Program-made: the position numbers and the translations under genes
Part shown: positions 33,535-35,619 of the stretch, piece by piece
How positions within the stretch are numbered: the stretch's first letter is position 1
Layout of the letters: every line of letters starts with the position of its first letter
Notes under the pieces: generated by a model
Seen by the model: only the letters and a program-made list of their open reading frames with translations
Told to the model about the DNA's origin: nothing
The model's database searches: none
Source: a virus
Lineage: Duplodnaviria > Caudoviricetes
IMG/VR virus record: IMGVR_UViG_3300016662_000042
Span: 1-35,619 of that record
Direction: 5' to 3' (one strand)
DNA length: 35,619 nucleotides

Positions 33535-34038
33535 ATGAGCTGGTTTTCATTCGTGTTCGGCGGCGGCCATGGATCGCGGTCGTTCCGCCTGCGCGGCACC
33601 GGTGTCGAGGCCGACCCTGTCATCCTGGAGGGCGCCGGCACGGTTGCGCATCCGGCAGACGCCGAGGTGGCAACAGCAGCCGCAGCAGCGCTCGCGGCCC
33701 ATCGGCTGACTGCCGCAGCCGCCACCCGCGAATACAACCAGGCCGGGGTCCGCGTGTCTGTGACGGACACGGGAACGGCGGCAAACGCACTGCCGACCCT
33801 CGGCGCGAGCCGCGAGGTGCGTCTCATGGCGAGCGTGAGGTGCTTCGTGCGGTTCGGCGTGCCGCAAGCGGCTCCCAACGCGGCGTTGCTGGACACGGCA
33901 GCGACGGTCGGCGGGACCTCGTTCCCGCTGGCGCCGGACTCGCCGGAGGTCGTGCGTGTGCCCGCAGGGGCCACGCATTTCGCCGTGATCCGCGACGGCA
34001 CCACCAACGGCAACGTCACGCTGCACGCGGTGGCCTGA
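33535..34038 (+). CDS. Small beta-rich virion protein (possible spike base)
   Basis: RBS GAGGAGG; VRLMASVRCFVRFG...FPLAPDSPEVVRVP...FAVI; coupled to the next gene. Confidence 0.65.
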   Translation: MSWFSFVFGGGHGSRSFRLRGTGVEADPVILEGAGTVAHPADAEVATAAAAALAAHRLTAAAATREYNQAGVRVSVTDTGTAANALPTLGASREVRLMASVRCFVRFGVPQAAPNAALLDTAATVGGTSFPLAPDSPEVVRVPAGATHFAVIRDGTTNGNVTLHAVA

Positions 34039-35267
34039 TGCTCAGGCGCGTGGGCATCGTCGGCAGGCAGGGAGGCGCGGTTTTCCCCTCCTCGCGCCTC
34101 GCTGAACTATTCGGCGCTCCGGCGGGCGGTGCGGCGTGGGGATCGCGCCTGACGCGGCCGCAGGCTGACGAGGCCATCGCTGCCGCGCGCGATGCGCCCC
34201 ATGCGTGGTTGTGGCACCGCCGCGATCTGATGCGCGTCGGTCGCAACGGGTCCGGTGGTGCGCCGAACATCGGTAATGTGGCCGGGTTCCTCGGCGCCGT
34301 CGGCACGGCTGGCACGAACGGGCGGAGCATCGAGGCGGCGCTGGGACCGGAGCTTTATGCTGGCGTGTTATCGAGCGCTGACGGGTGGACCCTCACTGGC
34401 GGCGCGTCGGTGTCTGGAGGCCAGCTCACGCTACCCGTCGGCAGTACCGCGCGCAGGACGCTAGCCGCCGGTTTTTATGAAATTGAAATCACCACTACGG
34501 CAAGCGCTGGCGCGCAGATTTATGCGGGTGTCGGCGTTCTAGAGGGGCCTGCGCGCGTAATTAACAACCAAGGCGCGGGTACGTATAGGGCGATTATTCA
34601 AAACACCGGAACGCTGTTTTGGGTCTCGGTTTACACGGCTGCCGCTGCGGTTACCGCAGTTTCAGTGCGCGCCCTTCCCGGCGTCGGTCACTTCGTGGCC
34701 GTCTCCGATGCCGCTCGCGCAACGGTGAGCGACGGCTTCCTGTCCCCCGCTGGCGCGCAGGCGTATCAGACTGCGCTCGATCTGAGCGCCACCGACAAGA
34801 TCACAGCCATCTCGTCGTGGCGGTACACGGGTGCCGGGACCGGGATATTTTGCGAGCACACTGCGAGTGCAGACGTAGAGCCCGGTTCGTTTTTTATCGC
34901 GCCGCGCGTCGGTGCTGCTCTCAGAGTGCAAGTCCGTCAAACAACGTTCAACACATACGACACCGCGTCAGCATTTCCGCTTTCTGCTGTCTGCTCATTC
35001 GTGGCCGATTTTGCCGACAGCGTTAAAGCGCAAGAGCTAAGGCCATTCCTAAATGGCGCGTTGGCGCAGGGGACATCCATCGGGCTCGACGCTGGCAGCG
35101 GCAATTTTGCCAACAGCACGTTTAACCTGTTCGCGCGGAACGGCGCGTCGGTCTTCATGTCGGGCGAGGCGAACGCCCTCTGGCTCTGGCCCTCGATCCT
35201 GAGCGACACCAGCCGCCGCGCGGTGGAGCGTGCCGCTGCCGTGGTGCGCGGGGTGACCTACACATGA
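34038..35267 (+). CDS. Putative fibre/adhesin with carbohydrate-binding and LamG-like beta domains
   Basis: TGATG coupling; GPEL...GWTLTGGASVSGGQL module; C-terminal FLNGAL...NLFARNG...ILSD..RRAVER typical of LamG-like ends. Confidence 0.65.
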   Translation: MLRRVGIVGRQGGAVFPSSRLAELFGAPAGGAAWGSRLTRPQADEAIAAARDAPHAWLWHRRDLMRVGRNGSGGAPNIGNVAGFLGAVGTAGTNGRSIEAALGPELYAGVLSSADGWTLTGGASVSGGQLTLPVGSTARRTLAAGFYEIEITTTASAGAQIYAGVGVLEGPARVINNQGAGTYRAIIQNTGTLFWVSVYTAAAAVTAVSVRALPGVGHFVAVSDAARATVSDGFLSPAGAQAYQTALDLSATDKITAISSWRYTGAGTGIFCEHTASADVEPGSFFIAPRVGAALRVQVRQTTFNTYDTASAFPLSAVCSFVADFADSVKAQELRPFLNGALAQGTSIGLDAGSGNFANSTFNLFARNGASVFMSGEANALWLWPSILSDTSRRAVERAAAVVRGVTYT

Positions 35268-35619
35268 GCGCGCTGCACTCAACGCACATCGTCGCCATCG
35301 CGCCCGCGGCCGATCACGCCGCTCTGGAGGCGCTGGGCCTCGCGCTCGGCCACTCCGGTCGCGAATGGATGCTGCGGCTCTCGGCATCGGGCACGGAGCC
35401 CGCAACGCATGTCGCCACGGTGCCGATGATGCGCGCCGAGACATGGGCGGCATGGCAGGCGCTTGCGGCCAATCCCGCATTCGCCCCGGCTGTCGAAGGC
35501 TACACGCCGGAGACCATCGCCGCAGCGATCACAAGCACGACGCTCGATGCGCTCGACCTGTCGGCCGATCCGGTCAGCGCATGGGGTGGATCGGCGTCGG
35601 CGCATCTCGATGCCGTGCT
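35264..35619 (+). CDS. Hypothetical protein, 3'-truncated (absent from the ORF track)
   Basis: ATGA coupling; MSALHSTHIVAIAPAADHAALEALGLALG...LSASGTEPATH, open to the window end. Confidence 0.7.
   Translation, partial: MSALHSTHIVAIAPAADHAALEALGLALGHSGREWMLRLSASGTEPATHVATVPMMRAETWAAWQALAANPAFAPAVEGYTPETIAAAITSTTLDALDLSADPVSAWGGSASAHLDAV

Larger units (their letters stand above)
1..35619. mobile_element. Mu-like transposable prophage with a siphovirus-type tail (both ends lie outside the window)
   Basis: Repressor/ner switch, DDE transposase plus MuB ATPase, gam, gemA/mor, Mu gp27-gp37-like head genes; tail tube, tape measure and J-like tip genes with no sheath gene. Confidence 0.97.

Noticed and set aside
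31590-35619. Diversity-generating retroelement or invertible tail-fibre segment
   Set aside because: No reverse transcriptase, invertase, template/variable repeat pair or flanking inverted repeats seen; such genes could still lie beyond the right edge
1-35619. Mu ends (TG...CA with transposase-binding repeats), tRNA or rRNA genes
   Set aside because: Both window edges fall inside ORFs; no end repeats or tRNA/rRNA-like sequences were recognised

Overview
Almost the whole window is the interior of one transposable (Mu-like) prophage or phage genome. It is very GC-rich and probably has an alphaproteobacterial host, inferred from a LexA-like domain. Neither Mu end is visible. Gene order is: lipoprotein and S24-type repressor (minus strand); ner, ParB-like gene, transposase A, MuB ATPase; small early genes including gam, a stand-alone LexA DNA-binding domain and one reverse-strand insert; GemA-like and Mor-like regulators; lysis cassette; gp25/26/27, terminase, portal, MuF, protease/scaffold, capsid; a non-contractile lambda-like tail; and a terminal adhesin cassette. 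The most unusual points are: (1) the endolysin slot holds a YkuD/L,D-transpeptidase-family protein; (2) three copies of a 16-bp palindrome sit at near-fixed spacing before the lysis, head and fibre operons, two apparently giving leaderless mRNAs and one removing an RBS-occluding hairpin; (3) a LexA DNA-binding domain with no peptidase domain; (4) structured RNA-like elements after transposase A and after the capsid genes; (5) a helically phased repeat inside the portal gene, a possible gyrase site. All calls come from reading motifs and synteny; no database searches were run.
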